The notes under the pieces: model-generated
Databases searched by the model: none
Told to the model about the DNA's origin: nothing
What the model saw: the letters and a program-made list of their open reading frames with translations, nothing else
In this document: piece after piece, positions 53,891-63,824 of the stretch
How positions within the stretch are numbered: the stretch's first letter is position 1
Layout of the letters: the number at the start of each line of letters is the position of its first letter
Made by a program: the position numbers and the translations under genes
Assembly: GCA_046758965.1 (NCBI GenBank)
Contig: JBHIBG010000002.1
Span: 76,612-140,611 of the forward strand
DNA from: Candidatus Methylomirabilia bacterium
Lineage (GTDB): Bacteria; Methylomirabilota; Methylomirabilia; Rokubacteriales; CSP1-6
DNA: 64,000 bases
Reading direction: 5' to 3'

Positions 53891-54787
53891 TCACCGGTGA
53901 GTGACCGCGGTGGCCAGGGCGATCCACCAGCAGCCGACGACCACCATCGCAGCGGCGAGCACCAGCGCCCACTGGATCAACCGCCCGGGCGGCCGACGCA
54001 GCGCGAGTGCGGCGCCGATCCCGAGCCCGCCCCCAACCAGCAGGCCGAAGAGGTGGGCCAGGAGATCCGAGCCCGCGGCGGTCCCGAGCATCCCGAGTAG
54101 CACCAAGCTGGCGGCGACCACCACCCACGCCTTGCGTCCCACCGCCCGACCCCGACGCCGCGCCACGAACTGCAGCGCTGCCAGGATGCCGACCGCGCCG
54201 AAGGTCGAGGTCGAGGCGCCGACCGAGATGTGGTGCGAGCCGTGCGCGAGGGCGGTCAGCGCGTTGCCACCCGCCCCAGCGAGCAGCACCAGCCAGCTGC
54301 CGATCCCCGGCCCGAGCCACCGCCCGACGGCGGTCACCAACACCACGCACGCCACAGCGTTTCCGAGCACGTGCGCGAGGTCCGCGTGCAACGTCAGGGC
54401 CGTGACCGTACGCCACACCTCGCCCTTCAGGATCTGCTCAGCCGAGGCGCTCCCTCGCCCGAACCAGGCGACGCCGCCGTCGCGCGGACCTGTGACGGCG
54501 AAGAAGCCGACGAGCAGCGCCGCCACCAGCGCCCCGATCCAGGTCACGCCGTAGCCGGGCGGCGGAGCGTCGGCGACCGCAGCGTGCCGGCTCTCCTCGT
54601 CGTAGGCGGCGAGGGCGTCCCTCGCCCGCGTCGCGTCGCGCGCTGAGACCACCAGTGCCCACCCGGCATCGGTCTCCTCCAGTCGGTAGGCGATGCCGCC
54701 TGCCGCGAGAACGACCGCGCGCTCCTCCGCCTGCTTCGCGTTGGGGTTCACGCAAACGGCGGTTTCGGTCGGCTTCTCCATGGTCAT
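53891..54787 (-). CDS. rhomboid intramembrane serine protease
   Basis: WR, HADLAHVLGN, VGAS, LAHLFG. Confidence 0.9.
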   Translation of the reverse strand: MTMEKPTETAVCVNPNAKQAEERAVVLAAGGIAYRLEETDAGWALVVSARDATRARDALAAYDEESRHAAVADAPPPGYGVTWIGALVAALLVGFFAVTGPRDGGVAWFGRGSASAEQILKGEVWRTVTALTLHADLAHVLGNAVACVVLVTAVGRWLGPGIGSWLVLLAGAGGNALTALAHGSHHISVGASTSTFGAVGILAALQFVARRRGRAVGRKAWVVVAASLVLLGMLGTAAGSDLLAHLFGLLVGGGLGIGAALALRRPPGRLIQWALVLAAAMVVVGCWWIALATAVTHR

Positions 54788-55084
54788 CCCCGCCGGATGC
54801 CTTCGGGCGTCACGGTCGCTTTGCCTGCGTGGGTAGCGCGACCGCAGGCCTCTCGTCGCTCCTCAGGCAGCGAGCAGAGAGACAGCGAGCCACGCTTGCG
54901 GCCACTGCCGGTGTTCGGCTGGGTGCAACGTGTGCCAAGCACGCCGCCACAGGGCGGGTCCAGGGAACGTCTACGACTCGAGACAGGCACCATTTTTTGC
55001 CCGTCGCTACCAATTTTTGTCTCCAGTAGCAAAAGATAGGCCCGTATTGCCGTGAAAGCCCCTGTATTTACAGGGTAGCCCATT

Positions 55085-55099
55085 TGGTATGAGGATTGC
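55085..55099 (+). promoter_or_regulatory. sigma54 promoter
   Basis: TGGTATGAGGATTGC(T); 20-bp-period direct repeat at 54988..55022. Confidence 0.6.
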
Positions 55100-55181
55100 T
55101 CTACCGTGACTCGGGAAGCGAGGGGTGGAGCCCTCGATGATCCCTGCGCAGGTTTGTGCTTGGTGCTGAGTAGGGATTGGG

Positions 55182-55898
55182 ATGTCGAACAAAGCATTCC
55201 GGCGGGTTCGGGGTGCCCTCGCGCTAGAGCGCAGGAAACGCCCTCGGGTAGAAATCAAGCGAGGAGTTCGCGACGAACTCCTCGTTGTCATCAACGGGCA
55301 GCTCGCGAGCCTGACGCACGCCGAAACCCTGGCGGCGCTCAAGGCGACTGGCCGTCCCCTCGTCCGGCAATTATGCCAGCTCTTGGAGAGTGGGAACACG
55401 GAGGCTCGGGCAGAGGCTGCCTGGCTATTGGGGCAGATCGGGTCGGGAGCCGCGATCCCATCGCTGATTCGGGCCCTCGAGGGAGCCCGATGGCGTGGCG
55501 AAGCCCCCGTCATACTTCGCCGCACGACCGAGGCGCTCTTGCGTCTGGGCCAGGCCGGGGCCCACGGCTTTGATCTGGGAGTTCAGTCCTTGGCGACGAA
55601 CGATTTGAGCAGGCTTCTCTTGATCCGCCACGCGTCGGAACAGCTCGTTGCCAGCTCACCACCGTATCCTGTTTCCCGCCAGATCACCTCAGGGTGGATC
55701 CGGGCCCTCCATACATACCTCGGGCGCCTACAGCGGCTCGACAGCGCCAGCAAGGCCGACAAGCTGAGCTTTCAGCGGGTCGTCCTGGAGGCCTATGGTC
55801 TGTCCCTCGAAACGGAACGAGAAAAAGTGGTCACGTTGATCGAATCCCTAAGCGGATATCCCGCCCTCGCAACCCGCAAGACAAACCGCACTGGCTAG
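55182..55898 (+). CDS. HEAT-repeat-containing hypothetical protein
   Basis: [25 protein letters not shown]. Confidence 0.65.
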   Translation: MSNKAFRRVRGALALERRKRPRVEIKRGVRDELLVVINGQLASLTHAETLAALKATGRPLVRQLCQLLESGNTEARAEAAWLLGQIGSGAAIPSLIRALEGARWRGEAPVILRRTTEALLRLGQAGAHGFDLGVQSLATNDLSRLLLIRHASEQLVASSPPYPVSRQITSGWIRALHTYLGRLQRLDSASKADKLSFQRVVLEAYGLSLETEREKVVTLIESLSGYPALATRKTNRTG

Positions 55899-56077
55899 CC
55901 CCCGAGGACAGCTTTCCCTCTCGCCCTGACGCCGCGCCTCCGCCGACGGGCGCGGGCCCGCCCGATCCCGTATCTTCGCGCCCAGCCAAGGCCGGCGACG
56001 GTTTCCCCCCGTGGGCGGTATTCGCAACCGACCCAGCCCGGATACCCGAGCTCGTGCATCAGGCCGAACCGGAACAT
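55895..56077 (-). pseudogene. hydroxypyruvate isomerase C-terminal remnant
   Basis: [24 protein letters not shown]; rest of gene absent. Confidence 0.72.
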
Positions 56078-56201
56078 CCTCCCTCAAGATCCTCGAGCCT
56101 GAGGCAGACCCGTTGCTGGAACGCTGCCAGGTTTGCGAGCAGTATCACTCGCGTCCGGCCCTGGGGAAGGCAGCCATCCTCCCGCCAGGCAGCCTTTCCG
56201 T

Positions 56202-56744
56202 TCAGTCGTTTGACGCGCCTGCTCGAAGAGCCGCCCCTCGTCGCGTCTTCCACCACGCCCTGATCTCCCTGAGGTGGTCGCGCTCGTGGGTCCAGGCGAA
56301 CTCGGGAAGCCACCCGACCACAGGAACCTTGTGCGAAGGGTCCCGGAGCACGCCAGGCGGGAGACGGCGGAGGGCGTCGATCAGGCGGCGACGCGCCCGG
56401 GCCGCGCGCCGGAGGACCGCCGGGAACGGCGTGGGGCGCGCGGCGGCGACGGCCTGCGCGTTGAAACGGTCCGCCGCGCGCAGGTCGTCGTAGAAGCGGA
56501 TGCGGTGACCGTTCCCCCGAGCGATCAGGTGGAGGCGATGCGCGCCCTCTTCCTCCCAGGCGACGATGTGGGCGAAGACATCCTTCACCGACCACCGGCC
56601 CTGGGTGCGCGGGCGCAGGATCTCCCGCTCCGGCAGCCGGGCGAGAAACGAGAGCGTGGCGCGGCGTGACCGCCCCATCCGCCGGATGGCCTCACGCCTC
56701 CACGCCGCAAGCGACCTCCGCCTCACACCGATCCTCTGTGGCAC
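56202..56744 (-). CDS. DinB-family protein
   Basis: WSVKDVFAHIVAWE...WTHERDH; start uncertain. Confidence 0.78.
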   Translation of the reverse strand: MPQRIGVRRRSLAAWRREAIRRMGRSRRATLSFLARLPEREILRPRTQGRWSVKDVFAHIVAWEEEGAHRLHLIARGNGHRIRFYDDLRAADRFNAQAVAAARPTPFPAVLRRAARARRRLIDALRRLPPGVLRDPSHKVPVVGWLPEFAWTHERDHLREIRAWWKTRRGAALRAGASND

Positions 56745-56948
56745 CTCTTATACCACCCTCTGCCTGCCAGTCAAGCGACGCGACCCTCGGGGCCACCTCC
56801 TGCCGCAGGCATGTCCGGCCAGCGCCTCCGATGCGGGGAGCCCCGAAGCCGGATTCCGACGCGCAGGAGGCCCACGCGATGATTGCGGAACGAGCGAAGA
56901 TGCGGCAGACTGCCCTCGCGTGAGGGGAAACAAGGGGAGGATGGGCTC

Positions 56949-57442
56949 ATGCGCCTGGAGACACTCGCAGTCTACGCCAGCTCTCGCACCGATCCGACAT
57001 CGGGAGGGGTGACGCCCCCGATTTGTCTCTCCACAACCTTCGAGCGTGACTCGGATGGCGCCTACCCGCGCGGGTACGTGTACTCACGAACCAACAACCC
57101 GAATCGACAGGGCCTGGAGCACTGCCTCGCCGCGCTGGAGGCGGGCGAGGCCGCAGCCGCCTTCTCTTCTGGCTCGGCTGCGACCATGAGCGTCTTTCAG
57201 GCTCTTTCGCCTGGCGACCACGTCATCGCGCCGCACGACGCCTATCAGCCGCATTTGCCGTAGCCGCGCGCGCGCACCTCTTCACTCGGGCAACCAGCCT
57301 TGGAGCTCCCGAGAGCCTCATCGAGCACCGGGCCTCCATCGAAGGACCAGAAACACGAACCCCCGCAAACCTGCTTCGCCTCTCCATCGGCCTCGAGCAC
57401 CCCGACGATCTGGTCGCTGACCTCGCTCAGGCGCTGGGGTAA
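56949..57442 (+). pseudogene. cystathionine gamma-synthase/trans-sulfuration enzyme with large internal deletion
   Basis: N-terminal YSRTNNPNR..FSSG..HDAY joined out of frame to C-terminal ATSLGAPESLIEH...LLRLSIGLEHPDDLVADLAQAL*. Confidence 0.85.
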
Positions 57443-58654
57443 CTACGTGCGCACGCGATTTCGCCCCGCCCTCTTGGCCCGATAGAGTGCCGCGTCCGCC
57501 GCCTTGATCACCCCCTCCGGCGTTGAATTGCGACGGCCCGCTTCGGCGACACCGATACTGACCGTGACAAACGCTTTTCCCCGGCCCGCGCTCGCTCGCA
57601 GCTTCTGCGGCTTCTTCCTGGGTCGGAACCGCCCGCGCACCGTGAAGACGGAGGCTTCGACGGCTTTTCTGAGGGCCTCGAGATGGGGAACGGCGTCAGC
57701 CACAGACTTGCCCGGGAAGAGCACAGCGAACTCTTCGCCACCGCAGCGGAAGCACTTTCCGCCGTGACCGACGTTCCCCAGCCTCGAGGCCACCATTCGC
57801 AGCAGCTCGTCTCCGACATCGTGGCCATGTGCGTCGTTGAACCGCTTGAAATGATCGATGTCCACCATCGCGATCGTGTACCGGTCGCCGATCTTCCGCA
57901 GCGCTTCGTTGAGAGCCCGGCGCCCGGGCAGCCCCGTCAACTCGTCACCATAAGCCATTCCGTGGAAGGTCTCGACAAGCGAAACCGCGAGGATAAGCCC
58001 CGCCGTTGTCAGGTAGACCGTGGACACGAACCCCACCGGGCCGATGATCAGTGCGAGGAACGTGGCAACAAGCGCCCAGACGGACCCGCTCTCAATGGCG
58101 TTCGGATAGCGAGCGAACCGCATCGTCACGAGCATAAACGCGACGCCAAACGCCAGCAGCGCGGGCTGGGGGAGGGCAATCGAGCGAAGAAAGGCCGCCT
58201 CCACAAACCTGGGCTCGAGCCACGCGGCAACGGATGCGAGCCCGGGGCGGCTGATCAGCGCGACGAGGGGGAGCTGCACCACCAGAAAGCTCAGATTCCG
58301 CCGGCCTTGCGCGGTCAAGAGCCCGCGTTCGGACATCCACGACAGGGCCGCAAGGTCTATTGGCAGGAGAAGGGCAACCGTGTTGAAGAGGGCACGACCG
58401 ATCCCCGTGGTCCGGGCATCGCCGGCCGCAAAGTGGAAAAGCGCGCCGTCGGCCAGCGCCAAGACGAGGAGCGCGAGGACCAGGCGGCTCCGACCAAAAC
58501 GCCAGGCGAGCAAGATCCCTCCCCCGAAGACGACATAGGGATAGACGGGGAGGAGCATCGACGCCGATTCCCGGAGGCCCGCGACGTGCACGAGCACCGT
58601 GGCGCCGAGCAGCAGCACACCCCCTGGCACGAGACGGATAACGGCCTTTGTCAC
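57443..58654 (-). CDS. membrane-bound diguanylate cyclase
   Basis: Multiple TM; DELTGLPGRR, DIDHFKRFND, GGEEF, YRAKRAGRN. Confidence 0.92.
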   Translation of the reverse strand: MTKAVIRLVPGGVLLLGATVLVHVAGLRESASMLLPVYPYVVFGGGILLAWRFGRSRLVLALLVLALADGALFHFAAGDARTTGIGRALFNTVALLLPIDLAALSWMSERGLLTAQGRRNLSFLVVQLPLVALISRPGLASVAAWLEPRFVEAAFLRSIALPQPALLAFGVAFMLVTMRFARYPNAIESGSVWALVATFLALIIGPVGFVSTVYLTTAGLILAVSLVETFHGMAYGDELTGLPGRRALNEALRKIGDRYTIAMVDIDHFKRFNDAHGHDVGDELLRMVASRLGNVGHGGKCFRCGGEEFAVLFPGKSVADAVPHLEALRKAVEASVFTVRGRFRPRKKPQKLRASAGRGKAFVTVSIGVAEAGRRNSTPEGVIKAADAALYRAKRAGRNRVRT

Positions 58655-58707
58655 CTGCGAAGAACTATCCGGTCAGTCGACAGGCGTTCTTTCTAGCAAT
58701 GACCCGA

Positions 58708-59088
58708 CTACTCCCTCCTTATGCTTTTCCGCCGTTGTCTCAAGATTAGCTCCTTGATGCCTTTCGGGTCTGGCAAACCATTCGCAACATCTTCGTAGCC
58801 CGAGGTCCCGGCCGTCGCGATCATCACCGTACCGATTCTGAGAATTCTCTGAAGGAAGCTCTGTCTTATGTCAATGGTGCGGATGTCGGTAATGAATACG
58901 ATCTTGATGTTTCTTGACAGAACTCCTCTCTCAAGCACGACGCGGTCCTCATACACGCGCAGGAGAAGGGATGCACGTTTCCAGAGAGCGACGATCACCG
59001 GTATGATGAGCCAGAAGAACACCCAGTGCCAAAAGAAGTTCCACCAGGACGGCCGGGCTTCCCACAACACCTGTTCTTCATCGCTCAT
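58708..59088 (-). CDS. bacterial PH-domain (bPH_2-like) membrane protein
   Basis: VLWEARPS, TM, GVLSR...IRQSFLQRILRIGTVMIATAG. Confidence 0.82.
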   Translation of the reverse strand: MSDEEQVLWEARPSWWNFFWHWVFFWLIIPVIVALWKRASLLLRVYEDRVVLERGVLSRNIKIVFITDIRTIDIRQSFLQRILRIGTVMIATAGTSGYEDVANGLPDPKGIKELILRQRRKSIRRE

Positions 59089-59410
59089 GAGTCTGCCTCG
59101 TGGAAGGTCGCGGCCACCCGGCCATGTTCAGGTTGCCGCCGGTATCGCGGGGAGCTGGATGGTGGGTCGCTCGCCATACCGATCGCCGATCAGCGTTCCA
59201 CCCACGTGGGCGGGATACATCGCTTGCAGGACTTGAAGGCAGAGGAGAGAACCCCCTCTCCGCAAGTGAGGCGCTCAGGTTGAATTGCGGCGGCAACCCC
59301 TCCCCGTCGAAGGGTGCTATACGCGATGACGAAATTCGGTATGTCTGGAGGAGCAGCGTCGATGATTACATCTGGTATGAGCGGACAGTGAACCTGACAT
59401 CTCTCTCCGC

Positions 59411-59644
59411 CTACTTCAGCAGAGCCATCACGGTCCGGACCACGATCAGGAGCCATGCCACTCCCAGGACGATCCAGGTGGCCCTCCTGGATACTGATGC
59501 GACTGCCACGAAGATCGTGACAATTGCCAGTACGCCGATGGGATCCACCAGCTCGCGAGCGATCTTTGCCGGTGGTACGACCCACTGGATGACGTTGACG
59601 ATCCCCACTCCGATCCCGTGCGCTATGGTGTAAATGAATTCCAC
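59411..59644 (-). CDS. small membrane protein
   Basis: 77 aa with hydrophobic helices (DPIGVLAIVTIFV; WIVLGVAWLLIV). Confidence 0.6.
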   Translation of the reverse strand: MEFIYTIAHGIGVGIVNVIQWVVPPAKIARELVDPIGVLAIVTIFVAVASVSRRATWIVLGVAWLLIVVRTVMALLK

Positions 59645-60083
59645 AACCTGGATCAAGCGACCTTTGCCGGGGCTCTCCTGAACGTGCGACGCGTAGGCAA
59701 ACAGCTGGAGTCGAAGGACTGCCAGGGGGTCTACGCTCAATACAGGCTCTCCCTCCGCTTCGGGAATACCCTAGGATCGCATGTCGGAACCTAGCGATAG
59801 TCTAGGCGACAGCGGGGGTGGACTGTCAAGTTTTGACGGGTTGCTGCTTCAAAACCAGCCATTGCAACTGACCTTGACGCGCGCGACCCGCCGTTGGTAG
59901 AGTGCCCGAGGGAAAGCGATAGGGCATGGGGGCCATCTACCGCCCCAGTGGGGGCTTGGGTCACATCATCCAGGAGTTCGGGGAAGCGGGTCTAGGCGTC
60001 CGGCTGCCTCGCTCCGGCCTCGGAGCTGAAATCCGAGCTCCCAGGCTACGTTCGGGGAGTCTCGACCCCTACTAGGGAAGGCT

Positions 60084-60662
60084 ATGCCGAGCGTCAGGGA
60101 GGAGGTCAGAGCCGTCCTGGCGGCGCTGCTCAACGATCAGAGTGAGGAGGTGCGCCGGGCCGCCGCCGAGGCTCTGGAGCGGCTCGCGAGCCTAGAGTCG
60201 ATCGAGCAGCTCAAAGACACCCTGGAGAGGGGGGAGAAAGGTCAGCAGCTCCGGGCTGTTTATGCGTTGGGCACCCTTCGGGACGAGCGGGCCAAGGCAG
60301 CCGTGGTCACTGCCCTCAAATCCCCGGCGGTCGATATCAGGGCGGCCGCCATTCGGGCAATGGCCTCCTGGGACGAGCGGGCGATCGACCCGCTGTTGGA
60401 GGCTCTGAACGATCCGAGCCTCGATGTGAAAATCTTGGCGCTAGACGCCTTGGAGAAGTTCAGGGACCGACGGCTCGTCGAGGTGCTGCTCTCCTTGGTG
60501 GAAAGTCACGAGGACGAGCTCCGCGGAAACGCCATTGAGGCCTTGGGCCGGATCGGGACTATCAGGGCGAAGGATCTCCTCCTGAAGCTTCTTCAAGATC
60601 CGAATCCGTCCATCCGCGCGAAGGCCGCCCGCGCCCTCGGTGAGTTGGAACTTACTCCCTAG
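60084..60662 (+). CDS. HEAT-repeat protein
   Basis: Repeated LxDxxxxVRxxAxxAL. Confidence 0.88.
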   Translation: MPSVREEVRAVLAALLNDQSEEVRRAAAEALERLASLESIEQLKDTLERGEKGQQLRAVYALGTLRDERAKAAVVTALKSPAVDIRAAAIRAMASWDERAIDPLLEALNDPSLDVKILALDALEKFRDRRLVEVLLSLVESHEDELRGNAIEALGRIGTIRAKDLLLKLLQDPNPSIRAKAARALGELELTP

Positions 60663-60684
60663 CTTCACGCCCGTGAGCCCCTTG

Positions 60685-62067
60685 TCAGCCCAGGTAGGCG
60701 GCCAAATCGATGTTCAGCGTGGCGGGATCAACCGGCAGTAGGATGGAGCGTTTGAAGGCCCCGGTCGTTTCATCCTTCTCCGCCAGGTCCACCTCCCCCT
60801 CGACCTTCCTCCCGGTCCGGTCGATGATGAGCTTGACGACCGGGCGGGTGCTGTCGTCCGGGTTCGGCCTGATGGCGACGGCCAACTCCCCCGTGCTCAG
60901 ACGGACCACCGTCCCCACCGGGTAGATCCCTACCATCCTGATAAAGCTCTCCAGAAGCTCCGGGTCGAACTGCTTCCCGACCCCCGCACGCAACCGCTTG
61001 ATGGCCTCGCTCGGCTCCATGGCATCCCGGTAAGGCCTGGTGGTTGTCATGGCGTCGTAGGCATCGGCGATGGTGACGATGGCGCTCAAAAACCCGGGCT
61101 CCTTCGCGGGGTCCAGGGACGGATAGCCGCCTCGATCGAACCCGATGTGGTGCTCCCTGATCGCGGAGAGGGTGACCGGGTTGGTGTTCCCCATCTTCTC
61201 CACGATCCCCACCCCGTCGACGGGGTGCCGCTTCACCACCTCCCACTCCTCATCGGAGAGACCCCGCGGCTTCAGTAAGAGGTCGTCCGGCCAGTTGACC
61301 TTCCCCAAGTCATGTAAGAAACCGCCGAGGCCCAGCTCGAAGAGCGTCTCCTTGCTTAGGCCCACGTAGTGACCTAAGGCGGTGGAGAGGATCCCCACGT
61401 TGATACAGTGGGTAAAGAGGTACTCGTCGTAGCTTTTGATCATGGTGAGGGCGACGAGGGCGTCCCTATGGTCGAAGATCCCCTCCACCATGGACTTGAC
61501 CATCGGCACGAACTGCTCGTTGGACGGGACCTTCCCCAGCCGGGCCGCCTGCATGATGTTCTTGACCACCGCGAGGCCACGCTTGTAGAGGATCTTGGCC
61601 TGCTTCTTCTCGACTCCCTCCTCGACTTCCTCCTGGGCCTTCCCGGCCTCCTCAGGGTGGAAGACGGCGATGTGCGTGAGGCCCTTCTGGGCCAGGACCT
61701 CCTTCATGCCTCCGGCCTCCTTGATGAGGGCGGCATCGGTTGAGAGCACCTCGACGAAGAGCCGGACCTCCTCGCCGGTCACCCCCCGGCGGAAGACGAG
61801 GCCTCCCACATCCCGGGCCGTGAGCCGCTCCAGGAATCCGCCGACGAGATCCTTCGAACTCCTCATGGGTACCCCCTCCAGGAAGAGGGCTCCTTCCATC
61901 AGACCGACCGTCAGTTGCTCTTGTTCCTTGAGGAATTCCTCCAAGGCCCCACCGACCGAGGCGAGGAACTTAGCGGAGACCGGATGGGTGGCCGGGTAGA
62001 GGGCGAGGCCTTTGACAGCCCCGTTTAGATGCTTGATGAGGTTCTCGAGCTTTTCCATCCGATCCAT
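60685..62067 (-). CDS. HD-GYP cyclic dinucleotide phosphodiesterase
   Basis: LHDLGK, EHH...GGYP, IADAYDAMTTTRPY, GIYPVGTVVRL. Confidence 0.92.
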   Translation of the reverse strand: MDRMEKLENLIKHLNGAVKGLALYPATHPVSAKFLASVGGALEEFLKEQEQLTVGLMEGALFLEGVPMRSSKDLVGGFLERLTARDVGGLVFRRGVTGEEVRLFVEVLSTDAALIKEAGGMKEVLAQKGLTHIAVFHPEEAGKAQEEVEEGVEKKQAKILYKRGLAVVKNIMQAARLGKVPSNEQFVPMVKSMVEGIFDHRDALVALTMIKSYDEYLFTHCINVGILSTALGHYVGLSKETLFELGLGGFLHDLGKVNWPDDLLLKPRGLSDEEWEVVKRHPVDGVGIVEKMGNTNPVTLSAIREHHIGFDRGGYPSLDPAKEPGFLSAIVTIADAYDAMTTTRPYRDAMEPSEAIKRLRAGVGKQFDPELLESFIRMVGIYPVGTVVRLSTGELAVAIRPNPDDSTRPVVKLIIDRTGRKVEGEVDLAEKDETTGAFKRSILLPVDPATLNIDLAAYLG

Positions 62068-62080
62068 CGGCCTTGGCTCC

Positions 62081-63763
62081 TTACGCCACTCGGGTCTTGG
62101 AGTGCGCCTCCAGGGCCTGTAGGCAGGCCTGGCGGAGCGTGCCGGAGGAGCCCTCCGCCCGACCCTTCAAGGCCGCGACGGCCTCGCCCGTGCCCAACAT
62201 CCCGAGGGCAACCGCGGCGGCGATACTGAGTTGCTCTTGAGCCCGCCTTCGGAACAGGCGCTTTCGTCTGAGGATGGCTACCAGGAGGCTGACCGCATCC
62301 ACCCCACCGACCTGCCCGAGGGCCAAGATAGCTGCCTTCCGGAGATCCCAGTCCTTGTGCCGCGAGGCGATCCTGGTGAGCCCAGCGGCTGCCTTTGCCT
62401 CTTTCAGTTCGCCCAGGGCGGCGATGGCGTATTGGCAGGCCATCCCATCCGTGTCTTGGAGGGCGTCGAGGAGCGGCTGGGATGCCTGAGGGCCTCCGAT
62501 CTGGCCGAGCGCCTTCACGACCTCCCATCGAACCCGGTTATCCTCATGTTTGAGCAGCCGGGCAAGGGGGTTAATCGCCTCCTCGACCCCGATCTTCCCC
62601 ACGATGAAGGCGGCGTTCCTGACCACATACCACCGGCGATCCTCCAGGGCGTCCAGGAGGAAGGGGACGGCCGTCTGCTCCTGGTGAATCAGGGCCTCGA
62701 CGAGGATCCGTCGCTGGGCCGAGCGCTGTTCCTCCTTCAGACGCTCCAGGAGCAACGAAGCGGCGCTGGGACCCAGGTGTCCCAGGAGGGAGACCAGTTC
62801 GTCGTGGGGGGCACCCTCCGTGCAGAGGTGGTCGATCAGGAATGCGAGCCCCTCCTCGGAGGCCATCCGCTGGATGGCCTCCTTCGTTGAGTCCTGCCAC
62901 TCCCGAGGTATGCGGCTCCGGGGCTGGGTGTGGCGGACGAAGGTGGAGAGGATCTTGAGGAAGGTCGAATGGCTTCCCGCTTCTCTTGCGCTCTGGGCGA
63001 GGACTTCGAGTTGCTCGGCGATGTGTTGGTACTGGCCCAACCCTTCGGCAGCCTCCCACCGTTTGAGGAGGTCATCGACGTCCTGCTCGGCCTTCTCCGG
63101 GAGCGTGGGCAAGGCCAACCCTCGCGAGGAGGCCCACTCTTTAAGCTTCTGACCGCCGTCCTCGGCGATGGCAGCTGAGAGTTCGCCAACCTCTCCAACC
63201 CTGGATGGGGCGGCTTCGGCCGAAGCCTCTCCCTGGCCAGGCATGAACTTAAACTCAAGCTCCTCGACCATCAGGTTGGTGATGCCCTGCTTCAATAGGG
63301 TCTGCTGGAGGCCCCCCATCTCTCGAAGCCGCTCGGGATCGAGAAGCAGAAGCCGGAGGAATCCTTCCAGTTCTTGCGTTGAGGGAAGGTCCGGGAAGTG
63401 GATCGCCCGGACCCCTCTGAAGTAGAGGTCCAGGGCGAACTGTTTGAGCAGGCGGTTGGTGTCTCCAATACCCTTTCCCTGGTGGCTAAAGCCGTCCTTG
63501 GCTACCGTAAGCGTCAGAGAGGGGGACTTGTCCAGGACGGTGGCTACCTGTCGTCTGGTCTGCTCAAGAGTCTGCCGCAACACGGGATGATCCGGAGGGT
63601 AGTAGCTAAGCCCCTTGGTCGTCTTCTTCAGTGAGAGAAGCGCATCCTCCAGCACTTTCAAAGGCCCCCCTGACGAGGGCTCGGGAACATCCTGGGGCAG
63701 GTGCTGCATGGGCGATTCCAAACGCTCCTCAGGCTGAGCCGGATCCCGATGGTGAACGTTCAC
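62081..63763 (-). CDS. HEAT-repeat protein with N-terminal YPxxHP domain
   Basis: DRRWYVVRNAAFIVG, DNRVRWEVVKALG; N-terminus similar to the HD-GYP N-terminus. Confidence 0.85.
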   Translation of the reverse strand: MNVHHRDPAQPEERLESPMQHLPQDVPEPSSGGPLKVLEDALLSLKKTTKGLSYYPPDHPVLRQTLEQTRRQVATVLDKSPSLTLTVAKDGFSHQGKGIGDTNRLLKQFALDLYFRGVRAIHFPDLPSTQELEGFLRLLLLDPERLREMGGLQQTLLKQGITNLMVEELEFKFMPGQGEASAEAAPSRVGEVGELSAAIAEDGGQKLKEWASSRGLALPTLPEKAEQDVDDLLKRWEAAEGLGQYQHIAEQLEVLAQSAREAGSHSTFLKILSTFVRHTQPRSRIPREWQDSTKEAIQRMASEEGLAFLIDHLCTEGAPHDELVSLLGHLGPSAASLLLERLKEEQRSAQRRILVEALIHQEQTAVPFLLDALEDRRWYVVRNAAFIVGKIGVEEAINPLARLLKHEDNRVRWEVVKALGQIGGPQASQPLLDALQDTDGMACQYAIAALGELKEAKAAAGLTRIASRHKDWDLRKAAILALGQVGGVDAVSLLVAILRRKRLFRRRAQEQLSIAAAVALGMLGTGEAVAALKGRAEGSSGTLRQACLQALEAHSKTRVA

Positions 63764-63809
63764 TTTGTTCGATTACAAGATACAGCAGGATACGCCACAA
63801 ATTGGGGTA

Positions 63810-63824
63810 GCAAAAGGCGTGCCA
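63810..63824 (-). promoter_or_regulatory. sigma54 promoter of HEAT/HD-GYP operon
   Basis: TGGCACGCCTTTTGC(T), near-perfect consensus. Confidence 0.8.

Noticed and set aside
54925..54937. Minus-strand TGGCACACGTTGC as sigma54 promoter for rhomboid
   Set aside because: Spacing 2 nt too short
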